DNA of 64,000 bases from Iphione sp. A-MEVVRFRX5 (taxonomy: Eukaryota), in contig OZ320313.1 in assembly GCA_976226885.1 (NCBI GenBank), positions 159,402,001-159,466,000 of the forward strand, given 5' to 3'. This document shows, piece by piece, positions 13,989-26,402 of the stretch. Position numbers and translations under genes: made by a program. A model generated the notes under the pieces. It saw only the letters and a program-made list of their open reading frames with translations, had not been told where the DNA came from and did no database searches. Numbering within the stretch: position 1 is the stretch's first letter; each line of letters starts with the position of its first letter.

Positions 13989-15935
13989 AGTACACACACG
14001 GTAGCATCACCTCATCACAAGAGGTCTCCACAGCTGTCCGGTATACTGCAGTCCGAGTGAGGTATCCGAATTCCGCCGAAAGGGGGCGCCTTGTCCCACA
14101 GTTAGAAACAGGTGGTCGCGACCTCTGGCGAGCTAATCACGCCCAAACTCCCAGTGGGCAGGGCGACTCCTCCGGGCGTGTTGGCACGGTTGATTCTACT
14201 GATTGGTAGTCCCAATGCGTGCATCGGGCCTTGACTTCCATTATTCTAGTTCAACATTAATGTACCCGGTACCCCAGCAGGAACAAAGATACGCAAGTCT
14301 CTTATCCCAGTGCATAAGCGACGGTGCCCAAGTAGGGTATTTGCCTACTAAGCTTCTTTGGCTCTTTCGACGTGTATTCTCTTATAAGCATCTTTTATCA
14401 TGTACCTCGCGGTCGAAGGCTAATGCAGTGATCCAGATGCAGGATCAAATCCTGCACCTGGACTGTTTTAATGGCCCCCAAGACTCCGCGTCGTGGTAAT
14501 CCCGCGTAGTATAGGCCATTTGCATGTAAGGCCATAACGATCGCTAATCATCCGACGAAATGCGGCACAGCTTACCACTCGTCTGTCTAAAAAAAAGTGT
14601 CAGCCTCCTTAGGCCGTGTTGTCCTATTTGCTGAGCATGTTTTACATCGGCATCGGCGATATTGACGCATATTGTGATGAGAGTACAGCAAATGCCTTCC
14701 CGGAGGAAAATTGTGGTGCGTGGAGCGCTGAATGGGAATGATGCTAAACCCGCCAGGCTATAGACCTGCCGTGATATCTACATAGACTAGACAGCCGACT
14801 CCCTGGTTGACCCGGCCGGCCGGGTAAATTAGATACCCCTATTGGCGTGCGTACCGAACACTTGAGCTGGGTAATAATTTAGCACGCTCTGCATGGAGAT
14901 TGGGCCAGATTATGTGTCGGTGTGTGCAGGAAAGTGATACCAGGGACACGATGCGCCCACTCCTGTCGCTCCCCATGGGCCCGGACGGCAGGAGATTCCG
15001 CCGTGTTTAAGACGGGTCCGGCAGATAGCCACGTCGGCGTCGAACCCTAACGCCCACCCCCTAATACTTCCCTGTCCGATTCCTCCTTCCGCCTCACCCT
15101 TATTTTTTTCTTCAGGGGGGAGTCGACGATGACTGTGATTATGCAGTTCCGCCTTGGCAGCGTCTCGCGCACGACGGACGCCGCCCCCCCAAACACAGGT
15201 CCCTGCGGTGTGCCTTGCGCGCCTTGTCCCGCGACTGACGTCTCTCGTTCTGGACCAAATTGGCCGCGTGTTATTTATCATACAGTGCAGTTGAGAATAT
15301 TACTGCAAGAGAGTGTGGCCTGAGCGGTGGGGGGAGTCGTGGGGTTGGTGGAAAATAAATTGAATTAGGCGTAGGGAGTATAGATTTGTATTCCTCCAGC
15401 GCTGTTTGCCGAGGAGTCCGGTCGGCGCCCTCCCGCATGCCAATGCCCTCGGAGGGCCATCGGACCGCCGTGGTGGACGGCGGATAAAACAAATGGAGCG
15501 GACCGGCAGATGCGCTCGTTGGCCCGCAGACCGAGAATCATGCAATATTCAGCAGCACGGCCGCTACGCCGGAGCTGATCCGGTAGGAACAAAGATAGAG
15601 AGAGAGTGAACGTGGGAGAAGGCGACGAGGATGGGGGGTTGGGGGTTGGGCAGGAGGATGGGGGCGAGGAGAAGGAGGAGAGAAAAAGTGTGGGTTATAT
15701 ATAATTTACACATCAGAAAGGCGCCAGAGAGTGAGAGGCAATACACTGAGCCAGTTGCTTGTGTCTTCATAGAAACAGATTTATATGCGAGACGGTGGGC
15801 TTCGGGGGGTGGACGTCCAGCTGAACGATATTGGTTTTATAGATCGTCCCCGCGGAATGCTGATTATGGCCGTCTTCTTATTGGCGACATTTAGAATATT
15901 CGCCGTTTAGTTCATTTCCAACCAGTAGGGACAAC

Positions 15936-15957
15936 TGTGTGTGTGTGTGTGTGTGTG
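15936..15957. repeat. (TG)11 microsatellite
   Basis: Read directly. Confidence 0.95.
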
Positions 15958-18900
15958 TTTGGAGGGGGGTGTTGAAATGCCAAATGGTTCTGATAAGAGG
16001 TGGCAATACATTCGCTATTGATATAGACCGGAGTAATATCAGCGGGCGAATTGGTTATTGATAAAGATAATATGAAGCGCCCAGACAAATAACAACGCTG
16101 CATAGGTAGCCAGCCTGTGTTCCCTCCAAGTGGAATAGGATTGATGTGGGGAGAACGACAGGCCGCCACGTACTTAGACCGGCAAAAGCAGTTAGCGGTT
16201 ACACGAGGAATTAGCCTTCTGCGTCCGCTACGAAAACAAATCCCTTGTAGATTTGTTCCCCTCCCATAAATCCCTCCCGGCTCGCTGGATTCTTTCCCAG
16301 TCCGTCTAATCCCAACGTCCATCAATCTTGCGAAAAGCACGCAATCTGGCATTTGCTTGCATAGTCCCAGGAGAGCTGGGAGTTACATACTTTGCGCCCG
16401 AATCAATTTTTTAGAATCAATCCTCATATCTTCTCCATTTTGCCCGGTGCCAATGTGCTTGTACACCCCAGGTGTGGGAGAATGAGGAGGTAAGGCAGAT
16501 GAGACCCGTTCGATGCTGCCTGCCCCCGGCTGTGCCAGGACGGAGGGACCGCAGGATGAAGGATTTTTCGGCACGAAGCATTGATTCGAGAAGGGCGTTA
16601 AACCTCAGTGTGGATGCATAGTCAATGAAGAAAAAAAATTGCTGGCGAGCAGATAAGACTCGAATTGTCTTCATCATAAGGGAATTCTCTTGTTTTTCTT
16701 CCGAGCCTCCAGGTCCGGGAGATGAAACAAAGCCATTGGTATTTTATTTTAGATTCCGTTTTCTTTCAGCACTAACGATTATTCGGACGTTGAAGTCAGA
16801 ACAAATGCCCCCCCCCCGGCAGACGAGGGCAGTAGGTGCATGATATGTAAAGCTCAGTATCTATACACTATTCTAAAATGAAGAAATATATCATCCACAA
16901 TCATTTTTGTGCAACCAATTTTTTTCTGGAAGGTATATATCTTGGTTGTGAACGAATCTCTATCGCAAAAATACTGCGCCCGGTTTACTGCTGACTACGT
17001 ATTCGGGCGTCAAATAAGCAATACAGGAGCTGCTAAACAACTCCTTGGCATCATTGTCAATGGCACAAGTAATTTTCAATCACCTTTCGTTAAATAGTCA
17101 TTTCTTGTTGATCAATTAATTAACCAAATTCCGATTTTTTAATTCTGGTGGTAGTAATGGGATGGCGATTATTTACATGTACTAATATAAATGCATTTGG
17201 CGCCACATCACTGAATGCAAATTCACGAGCGACTTAGCTTCCTTTTGCTCGACCATTTTCCTGCCCCTTCTTTGATCTGAGTTGTGAAATCCCGACTAGT
17301 ATGGCTGTTGATGCTTGAGATGTACGACGGTCGACCTGTGATGACGGTTCGCAGTGATTAGGGAATACATACATACATGTTAACTGCAAAGGTAGGAACA
17401 GTTCCCAAATGCCTTATATACCACGGTGCCTTTTTTTCGGTACATGAACGAGGGTCCATATTCCGCCACCTTTATGCAGATGGGCAGACGGCGCCAAAGG
17501 TATTACGGACCATACAATCCTGTTGTAGCACCACCACTTGTAAGAGCTCTTGCCGTATAGGTATTCCATGAATTCTCTGTCTATTGTGTTTGGCTTCGTC
17601 AGAGGATCGTTCTGTGTGCTACCCGTCTCGCAAACAGCCACTCTCCGCGGAAAAATTGCGCCAGCGACAGTATGCAAATGTGCCAGAAGGCGCCTGCTGA
17701 ATAGAAGGCAATTGCACAGAGCAAGGTGTACATTTACGCGTTGGGAAAATAACGTTTGCATTTGCATGTAATGGGCCAGGCGAGTTTAACTTCCAGCGCG
17801 CAGGAACATTACCGTCCTGACAACGGCGTCGCGAATAAATTTGCTCAGCAAGTGGGGGTGCCCTTTTCAAGCGCCCAATATTGTCGAATGGCCACGGCGT
17901 GACATTTCACAGTCTTTGCGGTTAAACACTGCTTGAAAGCTCGTTATTACAGAGGGCTTCCGTGACTTAAATATTGATGCACCTTGTAACGGTTAATCGA
18001 GCATCAGAGAACGTTCCCTGCAAAAATCACGTTTCACAAGATGCCAGCAATTTACTTTTGTCTTGGTGGGAAGCAACACGAGGGCTAGGGGCACGCTTTC
18101 AGTCAGACTACGGAATGTTTTTTTATATTTAAATGTAATACTTCACACGTGTCTGAAATTCAAAACGGCAATAAGCAAAAGAAGTCTTAGGGAAACGATG
18201 CGGAGAAAATACTAGTCTGATGTTTCGGTCGCAACTTGATCTACAAAGAGGTGTCTCTATAGTGAAAGGAAACTCACGCGAATTACAATAGCATCAGAAG
18301 CAATGACTGTACCCAGTTCGTTTAACGCAGTGGATTCAACCCCAGGAGAGGTGTCAGAAGCACACTACGGCCAAGCTGACCGGGTGATGGCCACTCTCAC
18401 ACCTGCCTCGGGTCGCCATCAGGGCCGGAGACACGGACACCACCACAATTAGATTAAAGAGCCACCTTTGTCGGCCTTCATGTTATTTTGTTTCTCCGCA
18501 CGTATACTTGATATGGTTACCGTCCTTTACGATAGACCTGGCGCCCGCTGTAAGTTCCAGGTCGCTGTTTTACATCCGCTAGATGCATTTCGGGTTATTT
18601 GATTCATAGCACGAATGGGGCGCTTCAAATTTAATTCAGTCACTGATATAATCCGAAACCAATCAGGCTTAGTAGAGAAAGGGATTAGAGCAGGCTACTG
18701 GGAGCAGCAGCGTTTTTGCACTTGGTCCCTGTGGGTCTTTGGTTAAGTAAATATAAGGATTCTATTCGTCAAACATGGATATATTTCTCCGTATTTTTTA
18801 AGAGCTTTATTCTCTTATGGAAAAACATTACCAAACCAAACGCGTTTGCTATGTAAATAAAATATCATTTTACATAGTATTGACTGCCATTGAAAACATA

Positions 18901-20789
18901 CGCTGAGGATCTGGTTGATACTGAAATAATACAAAGCAGACACGGACAGCAAAAATAGGAAGCCTAGTTTTGATAAATGCGCCTTGTTTCTGGGAAAGAT
19001 TTCAAGTTCAATCTTGATCTGCACAGACCAATTTTTCGGTTTTTTTCTACAATTGTTTTAAATGTCATGTGTGTACCCCATATTTTCCCAAGAACCATCA
19101 ACGTCACAGCCTGTGCCCCACAGCAGATGCCGAATTGCCTTAATACGAGTAGGTGATTTTGGCATTAAATACGATCTCGTGTTTCCTATTACAAACATTG
19201 TGACCCGACAGACATTGGCACCGTCTTGCCGAAAAGGAACTACATGTACATGATTATCACAGAGCATCAACTACACTAACTTTACCAAGAGAGACGGACC
19301 AAAGTATCAGAAGTAATGAAAAGGGCGATTATATCCAACGGAATCTTCTCCGATCGCTATGACATGAGCCAATTAAATTATAAACATGTAACATGTTTTG
19401 TTCCAAATTGGCTTTTCACGTGATGGATTGCAGTATACTTAATTGGACGACTGTGTTTGTGGCAGCGTGAAGTGAAACAGGCAGATGTAGCGGACGATTA
19501 GTGCAAAGGCAGGTAATCGACTTCTCCTACAGTGACAAATAAGTGACGATCAACAGACAACGACTGTTATCAAAGGAGTAACCTATGTAAGAGTGCACTA
19601 ATTTGTCAGTGCAAAAACGACCAGGAGTGGTAAACATAAAGACTCACAGAGAGGGACTGCCGTTTTATGTCCCACACTTTTTTTGGCTCTTCATGTATCA
19701 CAGGGAACATCTACTTTAACTTCCCTCTTCCCAAATGTTTCTTTCCCTGTTTTCGATCGGGGAGGAGGGCGATAGGACATTTTAAGCCACCCCTGGGGCC
19801 TACGATCCACACCCATTGACGTACATATATATGCACACATATACATACATGTATCAGTGTAAAAGCACCCATAAGATTGCATTGATTGCCACACACTGCC
19901 CACGACCGACTTTTCATCTCGTCCGTCTTGAGATATGTTAAAATCTGGTTACCATACGTATACTTTTCGCCGATAGCAGGAATACAAGAAACAGTGCCAT
20001 TTATTTTTCAACGCCACCGAAAAAAACTAAACCTAATAAAGGTAACTAGCCGAACAAATTGGAGGTAAAGTATTGATTTCACACAATCTTCTCCAGCTGT
20101 TTACAACCGTGTCAATTTTTGAAACCGAAAGGAAAATTCCTGTGATGTGATTTTTTCCCAGGATACTGTAAATATGGGACTACTTCTGAATTTTAAAGGG
20201 ACCTTTTGTTTTATTGACACTGATTTAGAATGTATCCATGAACTGGAATTTATATGATTTGTTTGCATTATATCCAACATAGTTCCCTATTGTAGCACAA
20301 AGCCAACACCACACATCAGGTTCAATATCAGGATCACAGCGGCATCAGGAATGCAAGTCTGATGAGAGTGTTGGCTCTGCTCTCTTAAATACTCAACTCT
20401 AGCAAAGTGACTATGCAGTCATACCTCATAGACAGGACATGGTCATTAATCACATGTCAGCTATAAAATGGGCCTTTACATCTTAGGTATCATGATGTCA
20501 CAAGCACTCGGCATCCAGGGCCTCCTAAGAGCTCACTGATAACATCCTCGTTATTCACAAGGTGACTCGACATAAATGGTTTCACACTGTTTTATAGGAC
20601 CCTTTCCGTTCAATGCTGATATGAAGAACATAAGTACTTCTAACAAAAATTTTGTTTGCACAGCTTACAGTACTTTGTATTACAGCTTTCTTTCAAGTAC
20701 TCCTATCTATACACTACACATGAACCAATAAACCATATAGTATAATGATCTAAGTAAGGTTGAACACACCAACACAACACTGGAGATCA

Positions 20790-20860
20790 GGTTTTGGACG
20801 GCTTTAATAAATCCCAACATTTTGGCGGTTACATTGCCTTCATCAGGGGTGATTATATGC
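20790..20860 (-). mobile_element. Penelope-like element terminal remnant with a degenerate minimal hammerhead ribozyme motif
   Basis: The minus strand reads CCC-CTGATGA-AGGC-aatgtaacc-GCC-AAAA-TGTT-GGG. This matches the CTGATGA-stem II-GAAACGTT layout of Penelope-like termini, with two changes explicable as CpG transitions. Confidence 0.6.
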
Positions 20861-23800
20861 AATAAAATGTGTACCTGAAGTACTATTTTGGGCCAGTTAG
20901 TGGCTTAAGGTACCTGAACTGGTCTGGCCTAGGGCATCTATAATGCAAGTGAATCTAATTGATTGGTATATAGTATAATGTTGTCTCAATACTGCTTACT
21001 TTGAAGCATTATCTGAATATTGTGACATAACATTACCTCATGCTAACATAACGCTACCTCATAATGTTATTTTATTGCACGGTGGTTACAATATTTGGTT
21101 CTAACACTACTGTGTTACACTAAATATGCTTAACATGTATGCTTAATTCGTAAACCAGGAGCCTGTAAGCTGACACTCACAAACGTTAGATTCATCAATA
21201 AATTGTTTGAATATGCTGAGGACATATCATTAAATGTTGACAAGGAGCACCTAATGCTGGTACTGTTTGGAACTTTCGCCCGCGGAACTGCAGAAGAAAG
21301 ATTATTAATATTGGATCAGGCTTTACTTGTCACTCACTTTAAATCCGTTTAATAAAGTAGATCCCCCCTGAGTTTGTCACTACGCTCCAGTCAACTATAA
21401 GGACACCTAGGTGAAAGAACCAAGCCAGGTGTTCAAGCTGGGAATCGGTGAGCTGTGCACACCCCCTACTATTAAGTTAAGGATTTGGGAGCAGCCTTGA
21501 AAATTAATCTGGCAAACAATTTATATGGAGCGTGGAGTCCTACTGATGGTCTGCCACGTTTTGTGTGTGTGGCCTTTTTGGTGATAAATCATGGTGCTAA
21601 ATGGCGTGCTTGGACCAGGACGCTCACAACAGTTTAAGGTGAGTATATCGATGAGCATGGTGTTGGTCTTCTCTGCAAAAACATCAATGCAATGCCTTTA
21701 GCTCTTGTGCTAATATGGTAATTCCAGCACACTGCATCTGTGTGCACAGTTCGTTGAATACACATTTGACTGATTAGTAGTCCTTTTTGACATGGTAGAG
21801 TACTTCAACAGGGTGTGAGTAACGTTCATATAGGTCTTCCCCTTGAGCCCAGCGGGTACGCATTGTTGTGAGAGAAAAACCCAATACAAACCCATTATCC
21901 CGCGGCGTCTTAAACTCTTACACGGATTATCTTGTCGGTTAGTTTGTGCTCTACGAAATATTCTGATCCTGATTTGTGCAACTGTGAGAAGCAGCCCACT
22001 TTAATCCTATTAGAATTCAGTCTACTTTCCATGGATTATTTAATCGCGACCGTTAGCTATGAAGAATGGAACGTCAAAATCCGTTTACTGATAAGACCCC
22101 GTTCCTGATTGAAATGAATAATGAAGGAAACTTTTCTTTTTAGCTACTACGATCTTTATTGATTTGAGCCGGAGAACTGTGTTTGATTAATGATTATTTA
22201 ACTGTCGACGATGTAAAAACATGTCACAGGGGACAAAAAACCCCATCCCTTCGCCACGTGTATCGGTGCCGATGTGATACAACATTAGGAGCTATTTACA
22301 TGTTAAGTCACATAAGCCGAGGTATTTCAAGAGCCAATACGAGCCTTATGTGTTGAATGTTACACCGTGTATTATCGATAGGTTCATGAGCAGCAGTGTG
22401 TGATTGCAGGCAGTGGAGATCCAATTGAGACGGACCACCCTCCGTGCCCACATCCTGAATGGAACAGCGCCACCATGCCTCTGCGGCCCCCAGCGACCGT
22501 CTCCCTGGCGGGTGCGTGTCCCACAGAGCGCCTTTGCACCGATGGAAAAGGTCACCAATGGTAACTTTAACGACAAGCCTTTAGTCCTTAATGATCGATG
22601 AGAGGAAACAAAAGTCCGGTTTAATCCTACTGTGACCCTCGTTAGGCATACCAAGGCATCCGTGTTGCTTTCATCATGACACTGACGGCGAAAAGCGTGG
22701 GAACGGTGATTTCCTATTTGAATGAGATTTGATGTATATATACACGGATGGGAACGTTTGAAAATAAATCGGAATAAATTTCCTAGATAACATAGTTATG
22801 GGTACTGTGCAAATATCAAATTCACGTATATATACGTGGACATGTTCCCTTACGGCATATCGTTGGTCAGTTGAGGCAAAAATATTTCCCAAAATAGTCT
22901 TATAAAACGAAAGCGGGTGAACGAAATGTGGAAAAAGGATGCATCACACTTTCTTATTTGCAGCCTTCCGACTTTAAACGCCAATGTAGATTCCCGTGAA
23001 AATAAAAAATCATGTTTCCTATCCAAACTTCCGATCTACGTTGTATCTTTAGAGCCGGCAATGTTTCCGTCCTAGTTTGGACAGGCGGGTTCTTCTCCAC
23101 TGGCCTACATCACAAGAACCCCTCTCCTGCAAATAGCCCAGGCAGGGGCAGAATCATTACGGGATTGCCTTCGGCTTAGTAGCTCTGGTCCTCCGGATGG
23201 AGTCCTGGGGCGCAAGGCATTGACTGCGTGCGAGGCACGGGTCTAAACAGGTGGTCCGTGGTGCGATTGACAGTTCTTCAGTCCGCCTGTAGTGCTGGTG
23301 GCCGCCGAGAGGGGGGAGGGAGAGCGCCGGAGAAGAGGTCATCGGCATGTGAATGACGGCTGCTGTGGGGGGGGGCAGAGGAAACGAGCGGGCATGGCAA
23401 AAGCAATGGGCCAGGGGCGCGGTCACTTAGATAGCCATTGGCCTGACAGCTGGGTCTGTCACGGTCCGAGCACTTGCCACTCGCAGTCGCTGATCACAAC
23501 CCTGATCCCCTAAACCCCATGTAAACGCATCCTTTTTCCTGACCGAATCCACTGCCCAGGGCACATGGCCGTTTGCCTTGGTGCCATTCTGATAACAGTC
23601 ATTGGTGACCTGGCGTGCACCAAGGCGCCCTCCCCCGCAATGAAATAAATGTCTACTTATTGCCTCCAGCGGGCAAATCCATCACACGAACATGATAATC
23701 AATATAATCCAGACGTCACAATGAAGGATACCAATGTACCATTGGTAATTATAATCACTGCAGCACTAGGCAGACACGAAAGGCAACATTCGAAAGGCTC

Positions 23801-26385
23801 ACGACTTGGAGTTTCAGTATAAAAAGCCAACGCTCGGGTGAATGAAATGGATACACTAATTGGATAATTTGTGGAGACTTTCAACGATAATTTGATGGAC
23901 TGCTTCATAAGGGAAGTTTGCTTGGGAAGATATTGCCTCATTTCCTTTGTCAGAAAGCACGGTGTGATATACCTTACGTCGCCTGTAAGGAATTTACAGG
24001 CAGAATATTACCGAGTCTATTCATATAAGCACATGTATTAGCTAGCAGTAAATAGCGACTCGAGTCAATAACGTCATTCCCACAGAAAGCAGTTGTTAGA
24101 CAGAGAAATGTACGGAATAATGAACGGGTAGACGCCCATAAAGGAGGCCAGATAGCAAGAACACAAGAAAAGCGAGAGTTTCACGTTGGCTGGCAGGGAC
24201 TGGAACAATCCCCCTTCACAGGTATGTGGGCTAATACCTGGTATTGTTCGGGTCCCACAATGCTTCCCCCCAAGAGGACTTACTGCTTGTAGTGTGCCGC
24301 GCATGGGCGGGGTCGGACCTCCTATGACCGGGATGTGTGGTCGTAGTCTGCGGCAACCAAGGCGTCCCTGACAGGCCATAATTTTCCAGCTGGCCTCTCA
24401 AAGGCTGGGGTCACTGGGGTTAGCAGTCGGAACAGGAGGTGCAAGGCTATGGTTCTCCCACGGGTGCTGCCTCTGCAGTAAGGTACCAAGCCTCCAGTTT
24501 GACCATTTCCAGGAGAGAGCCGTCCGGGGACCAGCTCCACATTATTACGAAGGCGCATGCCGGTGAAAATAATAGATGAAACAACGGCGCCGCTATAATT
24601 CTGGCGCAATTGGGTCACTTCTTATCTGAGGCTGTGTAGCGCCATCAATGGATGCAGCTGGTGCAAGTGTCGAGGGTTAAAATGCAATGCTTAACCCTTA
24701 ACTACCAACGCAACGTGTGATAAGTTGTAACCATTTCGTGAATTTGCTTTTATACCAGTGGGCTTACTGGAAGCAGTATAATGAGTTCTCCCATGCAGTG
24801 TGTAGGAACGGAGCAAAATTAGTATTACCGTATCGTACGAATCTTTTGCATCTTTAATGTTGTAAACATTCTGATCCCCATGAAATCTATATGTGTGGTA
24901 CACACAATTAAAAAAGAATGGTTATTCATAGCAGAATGCCAGCGGAGTCACAATGGACAATAAGGGCGGCCTCAATCTGTCATTTGTGGTCCATCATAAT
25001 GTACCAGCAGGAATGGTGCATTAAGGTGCATCACTGATGACAGGTACTGAAAGATTCAAGCTACTGTCCAACCTAGTTTGCAACTTTCAGATGCCAGCAG
25101 AGGTTTTGATTCTGAAAATGTCCTGAACGTTTCCATGGGTCACCCGGGGATATATACCAGCATGGAGTCAACGGAGGTGAAAATACCCCTCCTGACGCCT
25201 TTTAGGTTTTAATACCGTGCCCCCTGTATGTCAATATTGGTAATTTGACAAAATAAAAAAAGCCATGTTAGCATTGTTCGGCAGTACCGGGCCAGGTATG
25301 CTCATAGAGCGAAATGGCAGACTGGGGAAGTAGTTTGGGAAGTGCGTCGATTAGAGGGCACTTATACCCTAGGGGGCCGCAGACCAAAGAAGTCCCTTTA
25401 ACGTGCATGGCCAACGGCGCATTTAAAGGCCTTCACACGATGGCGTAACGTCAACAGGGTGGTCTATGTGACAAAGAGAGATCGGCTCAAAGTAGACTGG
25501 CCTGTCGAAACGCTCGGATGGATAATAATGGGTTAGCCGCAACCCCCATGCCATTTTTCCTAATGTCACCACCTTCCTATACCTCCGACAGATAAAACAC
25601 TACACGTGGGACCCGTAGGATTCCTCATACCAGGGTACTTACCCATTCACCCACACACCAACGCAACTATGCGGCCACCAAGCGGCACCAACCCACCTTT
25701 CACACATATGGTCAGATCTCTCCAGATGGTCTCTAGTCCCAGCTGCAAACGTTCGCAGGAAACCTGAAAAGCCCGTGAAAGCGGAGCATCTATGCAGTAA
25801 AAGAATATTCGGTCGTGCTATCGACCTATATTTTGTAGGTAAATACCTTAGCGGATGGCTTAGTACAAGATAGCAACACAAACAACGATACACGGAGGTT
25901 TAACCGCTTGCAACGCGTGAATAATGTGTCTGGATTGTACGGGGGCGCACTGAGAATTTACGGGATTGGTCTCCAAACCTGATTATATTTGCCCGAAAGA
26001 GCACCGCAGCGGGAATATAAAAGTGTCCTTGGGGGTGGAATTGTTGTTCTCCTATTTCTCTGCCAAGGAAGACTAGTGATTCCAAAGCAAAATTGGGGGG
26101 CGGTTGGTCAATAATGCAGAACTTAAGAGTGCAGGAACAGTCTGAAACAGCACTAAATTGAAACCTCCGCATTTCCCGTAGTAACTCAATTTCCGATTTG
26201 GACTTCGGCAAAAGGACCGCAAACGAAGTTATCCCGAAGAGACATTCTGCTTGGGGAAAAAATCAGACCAAGAACGATGGCGATAACACTAATCAGAGAG
26301 ACTTGGCTCAGGTATGTGAGCGGACTTCCTGATGCATGGCTGAATGAGTGGATGGAATCCTAAACGATAATCAGAAAAGTGGATA

Positions 26386-26402
26386 AGGTCAGGCCAAGTT
26401 CA
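26386..26402 (+). promoter_or_regulatory. DR5 retinoic acid response element (RAR/RXR consensus)
   Basis: AGGTCA-ggcca-AGTTCA, a perfect match to PuG(G/T)TCA-n5-PuG(G/T)TCA. Confidence 0.55.

Noticed and set aside
15030-15050. Pol III B-box-like GGTTCGACGCC on the minus strand
   Set aside because: No A-box and no cloverleaf, so not a tRNA or SINE head.
18930-18952. RE1/NRSE-like AGCAGACACGGACAGC
   Set aside because: The left half-site is mismatched with altered spacing, and the 3' GCC is missing.
19935-19960. VKIWL resembling homeodomain helix 3 (VKIWFQN)
   Set aside because: It diverges at the invariant F and N, and no other homeobox part was seen.
24673-24698. AGGGTTAA/TTAACCCT piggyBac-like termini
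   Set aside because: They face away from each other with no partner ends nearby; only an 8-bp inverted repeat.
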